Made by a program: the position numbers and the translations under genes. DNA of 64,000 nt, from positions 10,887 through 74,886 of the forward strand of contig JBDHCY010000001.1 of NCBI GenBank assembly GCA_039591795.1, written 5' to 3'. Positions 8,338 through 17,765 of the stretch are shown here, in pieces (the stretch's first letter is position 1; each line of letters begins with the position of its first letter). The notes under the pieces were generated by a model, which worked only from the letters and a program-made list of their open reading frames with translations, was not told the DNA's origin and made no database searches. This DNA is from Gemmatimonadota bacterium. GTDB taxonomy: Bacteria > Gemmatimonadota > Gemmatimonadetes > Gemmatimonadales > GWC2-71-9.

Positions 8338-9574
8338 TCGACGGCGGGTCGCCGTCACAGGCATCGGCTGCGTCACTCCCATCGGACTGGGCGTCGAGGG
8401 TTTGTGGGACGGACTCCGCCTCAGGCGATCGGCGGTAGGTGCCATCACGCGATTCGATGCCTCGCTCTGGCGCAGTAGGATCGCGGCGGAGGTATCTGAC
8501 TTTCGACCCGCCGACCACCTCGACGCCCGCCGCGCCCGGCGACTCGACCGCTTTTCAGCGTTCGCGGTCACCGCCGCCCGATTGGCCCTCTCCGATGCGG
8601 CGGTCGACGTCGCCCGAGAGGACCGCGACCGCGTCGGGGTGATGATGGGTTCGGCATTGGGTGGGGTCGCATTCGCTGAAGAGGAAGCGGGGAAGTTCCT
8701 CTCCGACGGGCCGCGGGCGGTCAATCCCGCGCTGGCGCTCTCGGTGTTTGCTGGGGCAGCTTCGTGCAACATCGCGATCGAATTCGGCGTCACCGGGCCG
8801 AACGCCACGAACGCGATGAGCTGCGCGTCGGGTGCCATCGCCATCGGCGAGGCGTTTCGCGCGGTGCGTGATGGGGCAGCCGACGTGATGCTCGGTGGTG
8901 GGTCGGAGGCACCGCTGGCGCCGCTTTGTTTCGGATCGTTTGCCATCATCCGAGCCATGAGCACGCGAAATGACGACCCGGAGACGGCATCGCGACCGTT
9001 CGATCGCGATCGCGATGGCTTCGTGATGGCCGAGGGTGCCGCGGTCCTGGTGCTGGAGGAGTGGACTCGTGCCCAGAGCCGCGGTGCGCGGATCTACGCC
9101 GAGTTGCTCGGCTATGGCCTCACGAATGACGCGCACCACATGACCGCCCCCAGACCGGATGGCGCGCAGGCCGCTCGGGCTATGCGCATAGCACTCCAAG
9201 ATGCACGTATCGGACCGACACTCGTCGACTACCTGAATGCCCATGGCTCGTCCACGCCCCTCAACGACGCCACCGAGACGATCGCCATCAAGGAGGTGTT
9301 CGGTGAGCACACGTCTGATCTCGCTGTGAGTGGCACGAAGGGGTACTACGGACACGCGCTGGGCGCGAGTGGCGCCATCGAGGCAGCGATCTGCTCGCTC
9401 GCGCTCTCACGCGAGTGGCTTCCGCCGAGCCTCAACCTTCGGGCACCCGATCAGACCTGCGACCTCCCCTACGTCGACGGTTCGGGGCGCGACGTGCGCG
9501 TTCAGCATGCGCTCTCGAACTCGTTCGGCTTCGGCGGTGTCAACGCGTCACTTGTCTTTCGCGGCTCCGCTTAG
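8330..9574 (+). CDS. beta-ketoacyl synthase, FabF/KAS II family (stand-alone)
   Basis: GTG 8330 overlaps the upstream gene by 8 nt. VAVTGIGCVTPIG, active-site Cys in NAMSCASGAIAIGEA, His motifs NAHGSSTP and GHALGASG, and C-terminal SNSFGFGGVNASLVF. Confidence 0.85.
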   Translation: MVDRRRVAVTGIGCVTPIGLGVEGLWDGLRLRRSAVGAITRFDASLWRSRIAAEVSDFRPADHLDARRARRLDRFSAFAVTAARLALSDAAVDVAREDRDRVGVMMGSALGGVAFAEEEAGKFLSDGPRAVNPALALSVFAGAASCNIAIEFGVTGPNATNAMSCASGAIAIGEAFRAVRDGAADVMLGGGSEAPLAPLCFGSFAIIRAMSTRNDDPETASRPFDRDRDGFVMAEGAAVLVLEEWTRAQSRGARIYAELLGYGLTNDAHHMTAPRPDGAQAARAMRIALQDARIGPTLVDYLNAHGSSTPLNDATETIAIKEVFGEHTSDLAVSGTKGYYGHALGASGAIEAAICSLALSREWLPPSLNLRAPDQTCDLPYVDGSGRDVRVQHALSNSFGFGGVNASLVFRGSA

Positions 9575-9604
9575 CTACATTCGGCGCCTCTCCAGCGACG
9601 GCAA

Positions 9605-10315
9605 ATGGGAGTTGGCCCAATGCGTGACTCGTTTCGTCCAGCGCTCGCAGAGTTGATCGGCACCTTCGCATTCGTGTTTGTTGGCGCGGGCGCCGTCGTG
9701 GTCGACCGAGCGACGAATGGCGGCCTCGGGCTGCTTGGCATCGCGCTCGCGCACGGCTTGGCATTCAGCGTCTTCGTGTCGGTGACGATGCCGATCTCCG
9801 GCGGACACCTCAACCCAGCGGTGTCGGTCGGCCTCTTCGCGGCAGGGAAGATCAACGGCCGCACGACCCTGATCTACGTGGCCGCGCAGCTCCTCGCCGC
9901 GCTGTTCGCCGCGCTCATGCTCCAGTGGGTGATGCCCGCCGTCCCGGCCGACGCCGTGGGGCTCGGCGTCCCGCGTCTCGCACCAACGATCACCCTGAGT
10001 TCCGGGATTGCGCTCGAGGCCACGATCACGTTCTTCCTACTCATCGTGGTCTTCGGTACTGCAGTGTCGCCATCCGCGCCGAAGATGGGTGGCTTCGGGA
10101 TCGGGCTCGCCGTCGCATGCGGGGTCTTCGTCGCCGGACCGCTAACCGGCGCAGCGATGAATCCGGCTCGAGCGTTTGGCCCGGCCGTGGTCGCGAATGT
10201 GTGGCGAGCGCATGCCGCGTTCTGGATCGGCCCTATGGTCGGGGCGCTCGCCGCGGCGGCCGTGTGGCGATTTCTCCTGCGCGAGGAGCCGGCGCGCGAG
10301 GGGCCATCGAGCTGA
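9605..10315 (+). CDS. MIP/aquaporin family channel
   Basis: 236 aa. Two NPA boxes (GGHLNPAVSVG and AMNPARAFGP) and six hydrophobic segments. Confidence 0.9.
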   Translation: MGVGPMRDSFRPALAELIGTFAFVFVGAGAVVVDRATNGGLGLLGIALAHGLAFSVFVSVTMPISGGHLNPAVSVGLFAAGKINGRTTLIYVAAQLLAALFAALMLQWVMPAVPADAVGLGVPRLAPTITLSSGIALEATITFFLLIVVFGTAVSPSAPKMGGFGIGLAVACGVFVAGPLTGAAMNPARAFGPAVVANVWRAHAAFWIGPMVGALAAAAVWRFLLREEPAREGPSS

Positions 10316-10494
10316 CCTGACGTTGCGCGAGCTCGCCGGCCCGGGCGTGGCCGCCGAAGTGCGGCCTCCTGGCCCGCCGCACCCGCCGATCATCACACTC
10401 ACCAAGAGCGCGCCCAGTGCACGCCGCGCTTGTCGCCGCTTCGGTGTAATTTCCGTCACAGCGCCTCCGGAGCGAGTTTGAAACCTAGTAGGGT

Positions 10495-11205
10495 GTGGAC
10501 CGTCCTCCGTCTGGAGAGAACATGCCGTTTCGCACCACCCTCGCGAGCGGTTCGCTCGTGCCGAGTCCAGCTACGCCCAACGCGGGACCGCTGGGAGACG
10601 GGCACGAGCCTGGCGTCGACGAGCCGAACATGGTGAGCGTACGGAGCCGATTGGGTCGCCGCGCCCACCTTCGCGGCCTTTCGCTCGTCGAGCACGACCC
10701 GGACCGCGGCCTGCGCTGGCTCGCTGTCGCGGCCTGGCTCGCTCCTTCGTTCGGCGACGAGCACCGAGATTTCATTCGAGTACTGCGCGATGGCACCGAC
10801 CGTTGGCGCGCCGTGCAGCGCGCCCGCGATCTCGTCCACCGCTTCGCCGACTCCGCCGACGCCTGGCTTCTGCTCGGAGAGTCGTACCTCGGCGTGTATC
10901 GCCAGCCCGAGGCCCTAGCGGCATTCGAGCAGGCGTTGGCGATCGAAGAGCGGGCCGAGGCGGCGTTCGCAGCTGGGGGCATCTACCGCCGGCTCGGCCG
11001 GCACGCTGACGCCGCGGCACGATTCGCCCGGGCACATGCCGCGGGTTGGGGTCCGGACGCGCTCCTCGAAAACGCGCGCTCGCTGAGCGCGACGGGAGAG
11101 CGACAGGCAGCGGCCGCCGCGCTCGATCTCTGGGCATCACTGGTTCCGGGCGGCTCCGAGCGTGTGGCCGAGCTCAGGGAAGAATTGGGACTCCAGCCGG
11201 CATAG
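10495..11205 (+). CDS. TPR-like repeat protein (hypothetical)
   Basis: The C-terminal half carries TPR-like helices (AWLLLGESYLGVYRQPEALAAFEQALAI, GGIYRRLGRHADAAARFARA). The start is uncertain. The competing antisense ORF is Ser/Arg-rich low complexity. Confidence 0.5.
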   Translation: MDRPPSGENMPFRTTLASGSLVPSPATPNAGPLGDGHEPGVDEPNMVSVRSRLGRRAHLRGLSLVEHDPDRGLRWLAVAAWLAPSFGDEHRDFIRVLRDGTDRWRAVQRARDLVHRFADSADAWLLLGESYLGVYRQPEALAAFEQALAIEERAEAAFAAGGIYRRLGRHADAAARFARAHAAGWGPDALLENARSLSATGERQAAAAALDLWASLVPGGSERVAELREELGLQPA

Positions 11206-11275
11206 TGGCCGGCGTGGTCAGCGGAGTGCGAGCCAACGGTGCAGGCGCCCGAGTTGGGCGGGTGGCGGGGCCTAA

Positions 11276-11362
11276 CTAGTCCTTCTCGCGACGCGCGCGC
11301 ACGACGAGGGATACCGCGTAGCCCACAAGGACGACCGCGGTCACCACGTAGGCCGCCCACAT
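11276..11362 (-). CDS. ccmD: heme exporter protein CcmD (small, absent from ORF track)
   Basis: Hand translation just downstream of ccmC gives (LPENWGF)MWAAYVVTAVVLVGYAVSLVVRARREKD*. It is a single TM segment followed by a basic tail, as in CcmD. The start may instead be TTG 11383. Confidence 0.5.
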   Translation of the reverse strand: MWAAYVVTAVVLVGYAVSLVVRARREKD

Positions 11363-11375
11363 AAAGCCCCAATTC

Positions 11376-12071
11376 TCAGGCAAGGCCTCGCTCCTCCCGT
11401 GCCGCGCGTGTGAGCGCCAGTCCGTAGCGCTGCATCAGGAATCCGACGAGCAAGACGGCGAAGACGCCGAGGGACAGGAGCAGAGTGGTCAGCATCGTGG
11501 TGGGCAGCGACGGGCGGCCTGGCTTGAGCAGAATCGGCTCCGGATGAAGTGTCCGGAAGAGATACACGCTGATGTGAATGAAGGGGATGAGCACGAGACC
11601 AGAGATCCCCAAGACGGCGCTATAGCGGGCGCGCTGCGTTGGCTCGGGCACGGCGTTGCGGAGCAACAAGTATCCAACGAACAAGAAGAACAGGAACAGC
11701 GTCAAGGTGAGTCGTGCATCCCACGTCCACCATGTGCCCCAGACGGGCTTTCCCCAGAGCGGGCCCGTCGTGAGCATCACCACAGAGAACGCCACGCCGA
11801 CCTCCGCCGCGGATGCCGAGAACAGGTCGAGACGTTCATCTTTGAGCCAGAGATAGAGCAAGCTGATGACGCCGACGATGCCGAACGCGAGTAGCGCGCA
11901 AAACGCTGCCGGCACGTGCACGTAGAAAATCTTCTGCGCGGGCCCTTGGAAGCGCTCCAGCGGAGTGAAGGCCAGCGCGCGCACGTATACCCCGGCGAGC
12001 GCCACGAACCCCACCGTCGTCACGGCGAGGCCCAGGTTGGACAAGCGAGTTGCGCGCTCCAGCGGAGTCAT
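11376..12071 (-). CDS. ccmC: cytochrome c biogenesis heme exporter CcmC
   Basis: 231 aa with the Trp-rich WWD motif WGKPVWGTWWTWDARLT. Confidence 0.9.
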   Translation of the reverse strand: MTPLERATRLSNLGLAVTTVGFVALAGVYVRALAFTPLERFQGPAQKIFYVHVPAAFCALLAFGIVGVISLLYLWLKDERLDLFSASAAEVGVAFSVVMLTTGPLWGKPVWGTWWTWDARLTLTLFLFFLFVGYLLLRNAVPEPTQRARYSAVLGISGLVLIPFIHISVYLFRTLHPEPILLKPGRPSLPTTMLTTLLLSLGVFAVLLVGFLMQRYGLALTRAAREERGLA

Positions 12072-12748
12072 TCGTCGAGGGTAGCCTCGAACAGGAGGAT
12101 GCCAAGGATGACGAACGCGATATCGTAGGCCGCGAGCAATCTAAGCCACCCCGCTACCTCACTCAAGGGACGCCCGGCGAACAGTCGCTCGGTCATCTGG
12201 ACCGCCGCGGTTATGGGCGGCATGAGGAACGGCACGAGTAGCACTGGCAGCATGAGCTCGGCGAACCGCGTACGCGCCGTCATGGCGGAGAACAAGGTGC
12301 CGACGGCCACGAAGGCAATGGTCGCGAGGATGATGACGCCCGCCAACGGCACCAGAGGACTCACGACGTCGACATTGAAGAACACGCCGAAGAGGGGCAC
12401 CGTGATGGCCTCGAGCATCAACACGAACGCGAGGTTCGCAAACACCTTGCCCAGGTACAGGCTCGTGCGGTTCGCGGGGGCGAGGAGAATGCCGTCGAGG
12501 GCCCTGGTCTCCAGCTCGATCTGAAACGCCCGGTTCAGGCCGAGCATCCCGGCGAAGGTGAAGGTGACCCACAGCACGCTCGGCGCGAGCGCTCGGTCGC
12601 TGATCTCGGTCGGATCCCGCGCGAAGTAGAAGATGACGAGGACCAGCGCGGAAAACACGAGTGCAGAGATGGCGGTCGTACGTGCGCGGAATTCGAGGAG
12701 GAGATCTTTCCGGGCGATCGTGATCGCATCACGGAGCGTCTCACGCAT
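12068..12748 (-). CDS. ccmB: heme exporter permease CcmB
   Basis: ORF trimmed to ATG 12748 (MRETLRDAITIARKDLLLEFR). Six hydrophobic segments. The stop overlaps the ccmC start (ATGA). Confidence 0.8.
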   Translation of the reverse strand: MRETLRDAITIARKDLLLEFRARTTAISALVFSALVLVIFYFARDPTEISDRALAPSVLWVTFTFAGMLGLNRAFQIELETRALDGILLAPANRTSLYLGKVFANLAFVLMLEAITVPLFGVFFNVDVVSPLVPLAGVIILATIAFVAVGTLFSAMTARTRFAELMLPVLLVPFLMPPITAAVQMTERLFAGRPLSEVAGWLRLLAAYDIAFVILGILLFEATLDE

Positions 12749-13445
12749 CGGTGCCACCCGTCCGATAGTGCGAGCTGACGGCCGCGGCATCGAACGCGCT
12801 GCGCGGGCCGTACGCCACGAAGCGACCGGCGCGCTGGACGGCGACGCGGCTCGCGAGCTCAAGCCCCTCCTCCACATTGTGTGTCACCTGCACCACCGCG
12901 TGGCCCTCCCGAATCTCCGTGGTGAGGAGCTCGCGCAGGCCACGCGCCGCGTCGACGTCCAGCCCAGTAAACGGCTCGTCAAGTAGGAGGAGCCCCGGTT
13001 CGTGGAGCAGCGACCTCGCGATCGCCGTGCGCTGGACCATCCCCCGCGACAGGGTGCGAACGGGCGCGTGGATCCGGTCGCCCAGTCCAACCCGCTCCAA
13101 CGCGGCGCGGGCGGCGCTCGTCGGACGATCCACCCCGTGCAGCCGAGCGACGAAGATCAGGTTCTCGGAAGCCGTGAGCGCGTCGTAGAGAAGCGATTGG
13201 TGGCTGATCCAGCCGATGCGCCGGCGCTGGGCCGCGTTACGGCCGTCGTATCGCGCCCCGTCGACGTAGACCGTGCCCCGTTGCGGTCGGAGTAGTCCGG
13301 CCAGTGTGCGGAGAAGCGTGCTCTTGCCGGCGCCGTTGGGCCCGAACACCGTGAGTGACTCACCGGCATCGAGCGAGAAGGAGACTCCGTCTAGCGCGAC
13401 GATGGGGCCGAACGCCCGGTAGAGGCCCTCAGCTCGCAGCATCAA
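12741..13445 (-). CDS. ccmA: heme exporter ABC ATPase CcmA
   Basis: Walker A GPNGAGKST, signature LSRGMVQR and Walker B LLLLDEP. Sits at the head of ccmBCD. Confidence 0.8.
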   Translation of the reverse strand: MMLRAEGLYRAFGPIVALDGVSFSLDAGESLTVFGPNGAGKSTLLRTLAGLLRPQRGTVYVDGARYDGRNAAQRRRIGWISHQSLLYDALTASENLIFVARLHGVDRPTSAARAALERVGLGDRIHAPVRTLSRGMVQRTAIARSLLHEPGLLLLDEPFTGLDVDAARGLRELLTTEIREGHAVVQVTHNVEEGLELASRVAVQRAGRFVAYGPRSAFDAAAVSSHYRTGGTDA

Positions 13446-13797
13446 TGAGTTGGCGGAGGGCGGTGAGCTCGAAAGGCTTTACGAGATAGCCGCTGTGCCC
13501 GAGATTGAGGACGCTCATCAGCGGCTCCATCGACAAGTACGCGCTCGTGATCACGACCGGGAGGTCGGGCAGCCGCGCACGGATCCTCTGCATGAGCTCC
13601 ACTCCGTCGGTATCGGGCAAGCGAAGGTCAAGAACGACGATGTCGGGCACGAACCGATCGAGCGCGTCGAGCGCCTCGGCGCCGGACGACGCAAACGACA
13701 TCACATAGCGATCAGCAAAGAATCGTCCGTAGCTCAGGCAGAGCGACGGTTCGTCCTCGACGAAGAGGACGCGTCGTTGTTCAGTCGGGGCGGCCAT
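13429..13797 (-). CDS. single-domain response regulator (CheY-like receiver)
   Basis: Trimmed to MAAPTEQRRVLFVEDE. DIVVLDLRLPDTDG contains the phospho-acceptor Asp context. The 3' end overlaps the ccmA start by 17 nt. Confidence 0.85.
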   Translation of the reverse strand: MAAPTEQRRVLFVEDEPSLCLSYGRFFADRYVMSFASSGAEALDALDRFVPDIVVLDLRLPDTDGVELMQRIRARLPDLPVVITSAYLSMEPLMSVLNLGHSGYLVKPFELTALRQLIDAAS

Positions 13798-13834
13798 CGC
13801 GGCGGAAATATACCGCCCGGGCCGGGGAGTGGGA

Positions 13835-14161
13835 TCAGGGCCCGTTCCCGTTCCGGTCGGCCTCCAGCTCGAAGAGCTCATCCATCTTCGTGAGCACCAG
13901 TAGTACCCTCAGCTCAGCGAGCGCGCCCCGCAGGCGGACCACCTGCCGGCGAGCCGCCGCCCGGCGCTGAATGAGCATGAGGGTGGTGAGTCCCGCGCTA
14001 TCCACGTTTCGCGTACCGCGCAGATCGAGTATGAGGCGTCCTTCCCCTTCGGGTAGCTCCCCGAGCGCCTCGAGCGCGGCGCGGCGGAACGCCACTCTGC
14101 TCTCGAGTCCAAGCTCGTCGGGGGCCGTCAGAACGCGTTGCGTAGCGACGTGGCTGGCCAT
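13835..14161 (-). CDS. STAS-domain protein (anti-sigma-factor antagonist-like)
   Basis: Trimmed to MASHVATQ. LILDLRGTRNVDSAGLTTLMLIQRRA matches the STAS/SpoIIAA pattern around the conserved Ser. Confidence 0.65.
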   Translation of the reverse strand: MASHVATQRVLTAPDELGLESRVAFRRAALEALGELPEGEGRLILDLRGTRNVDSAGLTTLMLIQRRAAARRQVVRLRGALAELRVLLVLTKMDELFELEADRNGNGP

Positions 14162-14389
14162 CCGCTCTACTCCCTCCCGGCGGTCGCCGCCGGATCGCAC
14201 CATTCACCCGCCAACCGAGTGCCAGCGTCGTCAAGTAGCTGCATCACAATGAGTTGGAGGCATCACGTGCCGCGCTCGATGGTCGATCCGACCGCAGAAA
14301 ACCCGAGCCGGTGGCCGAATGCCAGAGGCCGAAACAGCGCAGGGCGCGAACTCACGTCCGCGCCCCACTCACCAGGCCGGCGACTCTGC

Positions 14390-14596
14390 CTACAGCTTCA
14401 CGACGTCTGCTGCCTGCAGCCCCTTGGGTCCCTCTTTGACTTCGAACTCCACCTGATCGTTCTCCTTGAGGGACCGGAAGCCGTCCGCAGAGATGGCCGA
14501 GTAGTGGACAAAGACGTCGGGGCCGCCTTCGCGCTCGATGAAGCCAAACCCCTTAGCGTCGTTGAACCACTTGACCCGGCCGGTGATACGGGACAT
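14390..14596 (-). CDS. cold-shock protein (CspA family)
   Basis: 68 aa, [35 protein letters not shown], with RNP1/RNP2 motifs. A GGAGGA SD lies upstream. Confidence 0.95.
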   Translation of the reverse strand: MSRITGRVKWFNDAKGFGFIEREGGPDVFVHYSAISADGFRSLKENDQVEFEVKEGPKGLQAADVVKL

Positions 14597-14704
14597 ACGT
14601 TGTTCCTCCAACTGCGTGAAAAGTGAGCCACGACGAGGCGCTAAAATGGGGCGCCCCCGTCGGGAGCGCAATAGCCACAAGGCCCTAGCCCGAGGTCTCT
14701 GTTC

Positions 14705-16651
14705 ATGACTGATCGTCTCGACACTCTCCTCGACGAACAGCGTCGGTTCCTCCCCTCTCCAGAGTTCCGCGCGGCCGCACATGTCGCGAGTGATGACATC
14801 TACGATCGAGCAACGAACGATCCCGAAGCGTTCTGGGCGGAGCAGGCCCGGGAGCTGACGTGGTTCGCCCCGTGGCGCCAAGTCCTCGACTGGCAGCCGC
14901 CGTATGCGAAGTGGTTCGTGGGCGGGAAGCTCAATGCGTCAGTGAACTGCCTCGACCGCCACGTCAGCTCGGCCCGCAGAAACAAGGCCGCGCTCATTTG
15001 GGAAGGAGAGCCCGGCGATCGGCGCACGATGACGTACTGGGACCTGTATCGCGAGGTCAACCGTTTCGCGTCGGTCCTCAAGCGCCTCGGTGTGCAGCGC
15101 GGCGATCGGGTTGCGATCTACATGCCGCTCATTCCTGAAGTAGTGGTCGCGATGCTCGCATGCGCGCGTATCGGTGCACCCCACTCGGTTGTCTTTGGCG
15201 GCTTCTCGGCGCAGGCCCTGCGCGATCGCATCAACGACGCCAACGCAAAGGTGCTGATCACGGCCGACGGTGGATACCGGCGTGGGCAAGTCGTGCCTCT
15301 CAAGCACAACGCCGACGAGGCCGTGAGCGGATCTCCGAGCATCACGGATGTCGTCGTCGTGCGCAGGGTGGGTGATGGCATAGACGTCGAGATGAGCGAC
15401 GGCCGCGACCACTGGTGGCACGAGCTCATGGAGGACGCTTCAGACTTCACCGAGCCCGAGCCGATGGACGCCGAAGACAACCTCTTCATTCTGTATACCT
15501 CCGGAACCACCGGCACGCCCAAAGGGATTGTCCATACGACCGGCGGATACCTCACGCAAGTCACCGCAACATCGAAGTATGTGTTCGATCTCAAGGACGA
15601 AGACGTGTTTTGGTGCACCGCCGACGTGGGATGGGTGACGGGCCACTCCTACCTCGTGTATGGCCCTCTGGCACTTGGCGTCACCGAAGTGATGTACGAG
15701 GGCGCTCCCGATTGGCCTGCCCGCGATCGGCTGTGGTCGCTCTGCGCAGAGCACGGCGTGACGGTGTTCTACACAGCGCCGACGGCAATCAGGGCATTCA
15801 TGAAATGGGGATCCGATCACCCCGCGCGACACGATCTCTCACGCCTCCGGCTCCTCGGCACCGTCGGCGAGCCGATCAACCCCGAGGCATGGACCTGGTA
15901 CCACGAACATATTGGAGGCGGCCGCTGCCCGATCGTCGATACGTGGTGGCAGACCGAGACCGGGGGCATCATGATCACCCCATTGCCGGGGGTAACCGCG
16001 ACGAAGCCCGGCTCCGCGACTCAAGCGTTTCCGGGCGTAACGGCCGACCTACTCGACGGCGAAGGGAACCGGGTCGAGGTGGGGGGTGGATACCTCGCCA
16101 TTACGCGCCCGTGGCCGGGCATGTTGCGCACCATCTGGGGAGATGACGAGCGGTTCCGCGAGCAGTATTGGTCAAAATGGAAAGACGTCTATTTCCCCGG
16201 CGACGGGGCGAAGCGAGACGCGGACGGCTACTTCTGGATCTTGGGACGGGTGGACGACGTACTGAATGTGGCGGGCCACCGCATCGGTACGATGGAGGTT
16301 GAGAGCGCACTCGTCGAGCACCAGGCGGTAGCGGAGGCCGCAGTCGTGGGTCGGACTCACGACATCAAGGGCGAGGCGGTTGCCGCGTTCGTCACGCTGG
16401 TGGACGGCTACGATTCGAGCGATGCCCTCGTCGGCGAACTCCGCGAGCAGGTGACCAAGTCGATCGGCGCGATCGCTCGACCCGACGACATCTTCTTCGC
16501 CGCCGACCTGCCGAAGACGCGAAGCGGCAAGATCATGCGACGACTCCTCCGCGACATCGCCGAGGGGCGCACGCTGGGCGACACGACCACCCTGGCCGAC
16601 CCTGCGGTGGTGGCGCGACTCAAAGACATGTACGAAGAAAAGGAGAGCTGA
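14705..16651 (+). CDS. acs: acetyl-CoA synthetase (AMP-forming)
   Basis: 648 aa. AMP-binding motif [19 protein letters not shown], and C-terminal [14 protein letters not shown]. Confidence 0.95.
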   Translation: MTDRLDTLLDEQRRFLPSPEFRAAAHVASDDIYDRATNDPEAFWAEQARELTWFAPWRQVLDWQPPYAKWFVGGKLNASVNCLDRHVSSARRNKAALIWEGEPGDRRTMTYWDLYREVNRFASVLKRLGVQRGDRVAIYMPLIPEVVVAMLACARIGAPHSVVFGGFSAQALRDRINDANAKVLITADGGYRRGQVVPLKHNADEAVSGSPSITDVVVVRRVGDGIDVEMSDGRDHWWHELMEDASDFTEPEPMDAEDNLFILYTSGTTGTPKGIVHTTGGYLTQVTATSKYVFDLKDEDVFWCTADVGWVTGHSYLVYGPLALGVTEVMYEGAPDWPARDRLWSLCAEHGVTVFYTAPTAIRAFMKWGSDHPARHDLSRLRLLGTVGEPINPEAWTWYHEHIGGGRCPIVDTWWQTETGGIMITPLPGVTATKPGSATQAFPGVTADLLDGEGNRVEVGGGYLAITRPWPGMLRTIWGDDERFREQYWSKWKDVYFPGDGAKRDADGYFWILGRVDDVLNVAGHRIGTMEVESALVEHQAVAEAAVVGRTHDIKGEAVAAFVTLVDGYDSSDALVGELREQVTKSIGAIARPDDIFFAADLPKTRSGKIMRRLLRDIAEGRTLGDTTTLADPAVVARLKDMYEEKES

Positions 16652-16656
16652 CCGGA

Positions 16657-17088
16657 TCAGGGCGACGAGTCGTCGCGCTCCCGCAGCGCGAGTAACGACG
16701 TGACAAAGATGCTCGTGATCAGAATGGCCGAGCCGACGCACCACCAGCAGACGGTGCCGATCACGAAGAACTCGACGTACTTGAGATACAGCGTAAAGGC
16801 GAAGCCGAGCCCGGCGAGCACGGCGAGTGCCATCGCCGGCCCCCGACGGGCGGCGAGACCAGGCTGCAGCCCGACCAGCGCCACGACGAGCAGCGTCGCA
16901 TAGCCGGCGGCTCCGACTGCGGCGACCGGGAGACCAGCCACCGCGGCGTAGGGGCTCGTCTGCACTTGCTCGCACCCTCCGGTACCGCACTGGAGCGTGC
17001 CGATGATCCCTACCCGGTGCAACCACAGATAGAGCGAGATGAACAGACCGGCGAGCGCGAGGACCGCCGTGGCCATCCGGTACTTCAC
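16657..17088 (-). CDS. vitamin K epoxide reductase (VKOR) family protein
   Basis: 143 aa, four TM segments. Loop Cys pair CGTGGC and active-site CWWC. Confidence 0.8.
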   Translation of the reverse strand: MKYRMATAVLALAGLFISLYLWLHRVGIIGTLQCGTGGCEQVQTSPYAAVAGLPVAAVGAAGYATLLVVALVGLQPGLAARRGPAMALAVLAGLGFAFTLYLKYVEFFVIGTVCWWCVGSAILITSIFVTSLLALRERDDSSP

Positions 17089-17765
17089 TGCAGTGGCGCG
17101 ATCGAATCCACGATCCGGACGAGCTCGTCTGCCGTGGGAGGCGCATTGACCTTTGTGCCGTTCACGAACAGGGTCGGCGTGCCTGAGACACCCCGAGAGC
17201 GGCCTTCCTCGAAGCTCGCCTGCACGCGGCCGTCATACTTGCTCGACTGGATGCAGTCGCTGAACGCCCGGCGGTCGACGCCGAGCTCGCGCGCGTAGGC
17301 CTCGAACTTCGATCGCACGCTGCGAAGATTCGCCCATTCACGCTGTCTCCACAACAACGCGTCGTGCATCTCCCAAAAACGACCCTGCTCGCCGGCACAT
17401 TGGGCAGCTCGCGACGCGAGGCGGGCGTGGGAATGGATTTCGAGCGGGAAGTCGCGGAACGTCCATCGCACCCGTCCGGTGGCGATCAAGCGACGCTCGA
17501 TGTCGGGAAACTGGACCACGGCGAGTTGTGCGCAATACGGACACTGGAAGTCAGAGTACTCCACGACCTCAACCGGCGCGTCCGCCGATCCTTTGCTGTA
17601 ACCCGTGAACCCATCGCTCGCAATCGGTTCGCTGATCGCTGGCGCCTCGACCTCGTCTGCCGATCCCGGGGCCCGCGCTGCCAGCCACAGCCAGACGGCG
17701 CCAGCCAGCACCAGCGCTCCGAACACGTAGTAGAATCGCTTCAGCCCTCCCGACGTCCCCGCCAT
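17085..17765 (-). CDS. DsbA-family thiol:disulfide oxidoreductase
   Basis: Signal/anchor segment, then thioredoxin-fold active site FQCPYC. The stop overlaps the VKOR start. Confidence 0.8.
   Translation of the reverse strand: MAGTSGGLKRFYYVFGALVLAGAVWLWLAARAPGSADEVEAPAISEPIASDGFTGYSKGSADAPVEVVEYSDFQCPYCAQLAVVQFPDIERRLIATGRVRWTFRDFPLEIHSHARLASRAAQCAGEQGRFWEMHDALLWRQREWANLRSVRSKFEAYARELGVDRRAFSDCIQSSKYDGRVQASFEEGRSRGVSGTPTLFVNGTKVNAPPTADELVRIVDSIAPLQ

Noticed and set aside
5527-8964. Long antisense or alternate-frame ORFs (5527-6744 minus, 405 aa; the 5' part of 5667-7202 plus; 7462-8964 minus, 500 aa).
   Set aside because: They have Arg/Pro/Ser/Ala-rich composition and no domains, and each fully overlaps genes with clear family motifs. 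Only the last 161 codons of 5667-7202 (the flavin reductase) look real.
10142-10459. Minus-strand ORF with a lipoprotein-like N-terminus (MTEITPKRRQARRALGALLVSVMIGGC).
   Set aside because: Past about 50 residues it runs antisense through the aquaporin 3' end and becomes Arg/His-rich nonsense. No stop defines a plausible short product. Kept as unresolved rather than called.
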